Shown piece by piece: positions 61,161 through 64,000 of a DNA stretch of 64,000 bases. Within the stretch, counting starts at the first letter, position 1; each line of letters begins with the position of its first letter. The notes below the pieces were generated by a model, which saw nothing but the letters and a program-made list of their open reading frames with translations, had not been told where the DNA came from and ran no database searches. Origin of the DNA: Camelus dromedarius (taxonomy: Eukaryota); the NCBI RefSeq assembly GCF_036321535.1, contig NC_087437.1:109430001-109494000 (forward strand), in the 5' to 3' direction. Both the position numbers and the translations under genes were made by a program.

Positions 61161-63655
61161 GGAGTAGGAACTGAAGACTAGGAACATTGAACTTTGTGAG
61201 TCAATCCTTTTTCATCTTTGAGATTAGATGATTCTATGATTTGAGGAAACATATTTTCATCCTTGTCCTGTATCTTGCTCTAAGTCACAGTTTAAAAGAA
61301 GAAAATAAAAGGACAGAAAGTGAGATTAGAAGACACACCAGCAATGCAAACATGACTTTTAGGAAAGGGGATTTGAAGTCTCAAAAGTGTTCAGAAATAT
61401 TAACATTTTTGTCAGTCAGAGCCTTCTAAAAGAAACCCCTTGCAATTTTACCTTCCAGAAAGACATCAGAAGGGCCAGTTTGAGTTTCATGTCTATAAAT
61501 AGCCATGTCTTTCATGTATGACTTTTTTCATATTACATCATCTTTGAGCATCTTTGAAATAGAGCGATGATATGGCACAACCATAGCTATTTAACCAACT
61601 GGAATTCCTGAAATTCACTTTCTAAGGTGATCTCCACAGGTGACTTGAGAAATCACTACCTAGCCTGTAGAAATTATCATTTCAAAACAGTCCCTCAGAG
61701 GATGGATCAGGTCTGACAAGGGGCTAAGGGTGGGAGACGATTTCATGCAAGATAACTTCAGTGATTGTTTTGGCTCAAAATAATTTATTTTGCACTGTGC
61801 TTAATGACATTTTCTAGTATTCTTTTGCTGAAATATCAAGATGATTCTCAATGTAAAACAAGAAAGCTTAAGGCTGAATCCAAAAGTAATGCACTATAGA
61901 AAATAGCTCCCAAATACAGCCACCCTGATAGCCACAATTTTATAAAATACACAAACCAGCTGGAAAAAACATAGATGGGAGATTTGGCTTGGTGAATAAA
62001 TAGGAAGAGAATATGGCTTAGCAAGTGGCTGATTATATTGGTTGGCTGCATTTAACTTTACATCTGGATGGTTTGGCATTGTGCAGCTAGCTAGCAAAAG
62101 CATATACAGTATTTGGCTTCTCTTATTTTTTTAGTTACTTGCATAAGCAAATAAGAAAGTTATGTCAACTACATTTTAACTTCTATGAAATTGTATAATA
62201 CACATAATTACCATGAATTGGACAGTGACTTACATTTAACTTGATGGTGATAACAATAATAACTTTCCACTGTCAATTGAAAATCAATGTCTTTATTGAA
62301 TTCAGCAAAAAAAAAAAAAAAAAAAAACAAGCAAACATGTTAACCAATGGAATACTTCCAAATTTGTAAAGTCTGCATCAAAATTATATAAGCTTGTCCA
62401 TTGCTCTTTCTGTTTGTGAGAAACATTATACAATTAGAGTTTGTGGCAGACAAAATTTTTTTGAACACTTCACAATTATTTTAATTTCTGTCTGAGGCTG
62501 GCATGCTGCTTTTGATTTCTGGACCCTATTTCTGATAACTTCTAATGAATGAAGTGGTTATTCTTCCAACAGTGATAATAAACGAGAGCTTCCCTGTTCA
62601 CCCTCTTGCTCCGTCTCCTTTGAGATAGAATGAAGATTCCATCCATGGCCATAATAGAATAAACAGGTGCACACATGACCAAGACCCACAAAGGGGTAGA
62701 AGCTATTCACAAGTATAGCCACAATAAGCTATTATTCCATATATCTTACCTCTGACAAGCCAAGTCTTTCTCTATGCCTAGGATTATGCTTTCCTTATTG
62801 CAATAAGATGAATAAGGTCTACGCTGATTTCTACCTATAGTTTCAACAAACTTCTTATATCTTCTACAACTATTCTTTCATGGCCCTTTTCTCTTGGAAG
62901 CTTTTCCTGGAAATAAAGACCAACGGTTTCTTGGATGGGTTCCCTTATCACATGCTTACCTTTACTCCTGCTACGAATGAGCAACACTCAATTCTGTATA
63001 AATACGTTTGACGGACCTTCAGGCTGGACTCTTCCTACTAATTGCCGACTCTACCTCATAAAATCAAAGTTTTATTATTTTGGGGTGAAGTGTTACAGGA
63101 TGTTCTAAACCTCCAGTCGATCCCTTTTTCCCTATATGCCTTGCCTTAGCAAATGTTAACAGTCAGATCTGCCAATAACATGTAATGCATTACAAAGCCA
63201 ATCACAGATAACTTTGTTAAATCCCCAATTTTGAATCACCCTGACCACTGTTTGCTTCCCAAAGTGAATATTCAAGAGATTATATACCTTTTGGTTTCAG
63301 CTTTTGGCCCAGCAAGGATATCACCAGAAATGCAGTGTAGTTTCCCTCCCTACTTCTGCTTACTGTCGGGGTGATTTGAAAGTGTGTTGGGAGTGAAAAA
63401 TAGAATATTTATTGCAAAGGGTACTTGCGTTCCTTTTTCTTGGGAACAGAGAGTGAAGTTAGAACCGGTGAGATAAAGCAAAGGGAAGAAAGGATTGCTC
63501 TGCTATTTATGCATCTGTGTACTTCAGATTCTGATACCTTACTAGAAATTTTAAAAAGGTTTTGCCTGCATTCTTGAAGAGTCAATTTAAGATTGTTAAA
63601 TTCAGAAGATTGTTAAATTCAGTATATAGCGAGAAGTACTTAGATTTTAAAATAC

Positions 63656-63675
63656 GTGTGTGTGTGTGTGTGTGT
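63656..63675. repeat. (GT)10 microsatellite
   Basis: Read directly. Confidence 0.95.
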
Positions 63676-64000
63676 ATTTGATCATGATAGGAAATTCAGT
63701 TCCAGAGTGAAAGTTCAACTCCTTCCTGTTATTATAATCAAGTAGAGAAGGGCAGAGATAGGGCAGTGGTATTTCCAAACTATCTGATGGACAAGTCAAC
63801 ATTAACTTTTTATATCATTATTATATTAATACTTTATCCTTGCCATGTACTTTACTACCTCACAGGAATCTTAATATTTTGGCATTGAGGGCAGCAGGAG
63901 TGCTAATAATTTTTCACTCTCTATAAAGAGCTCTCTCCCTATTTCATTCACAATTTAAGATCTACAAAGACTTCTTGGATGACCCTTTGGCTAGAGATCA

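Noticed and set aside
1-64000. CRISPR array, prokaryotic operon, NUMT, snRNA/5S/7SL/Y RNA copy, or ERV gag/pol/env ORF
   Set aside because: No regularly spaced repeats, mitochondrial-like text, recognisable RNA gene sequence or retroviral coding sequence was seen; all LTRs appear to be solo.

Overview
Repeat-rich, CpG-depleted mammalian genomic DNA, almost certainly from a camelid (camel, alpaca or llama): it carries two tRNA-derived SINEs of the camelid Vic-1 type and several L1 3' ends of the cetartiodactyl/camelid type. I recognise no protein-coding gene, structural RNA gene or NUMT. The listed ORFs start at alternative codons, lie in repeats, run through N gaps or resemble no protein I know, so the window looks intergenic or deep-intronic. 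Identifiable content is layered transposon debris: old L2, MIR, L3/CR1 and L1M; hAT/Tigger MITEs (MER5A, MER45A, MER58A, MER91A, MER2/Tigger-like); MaLR/ERV solo LTRs; and younger lineage-specific L1 ends and SINEs with target-site duplications (TSDs). There are also microsatellites and four sized assembly gaps. I found no evidence of a new biological system. The most interesting observations are retrotransposition fossils: a ~170 bp TSD-flanked orphan insert with a polyA signal (probable mRNA 3'-end retrocopy), two L1 insertions with very short 5' inversions, and a ~1.2 kb L3/CR1 RT remnant. A few candidate regulatory motif clusters and pseudo-exons are low confidence. Repeat family names come from recalled consensus sequences, not an alignment, and boundaries of old repeats are approximate.
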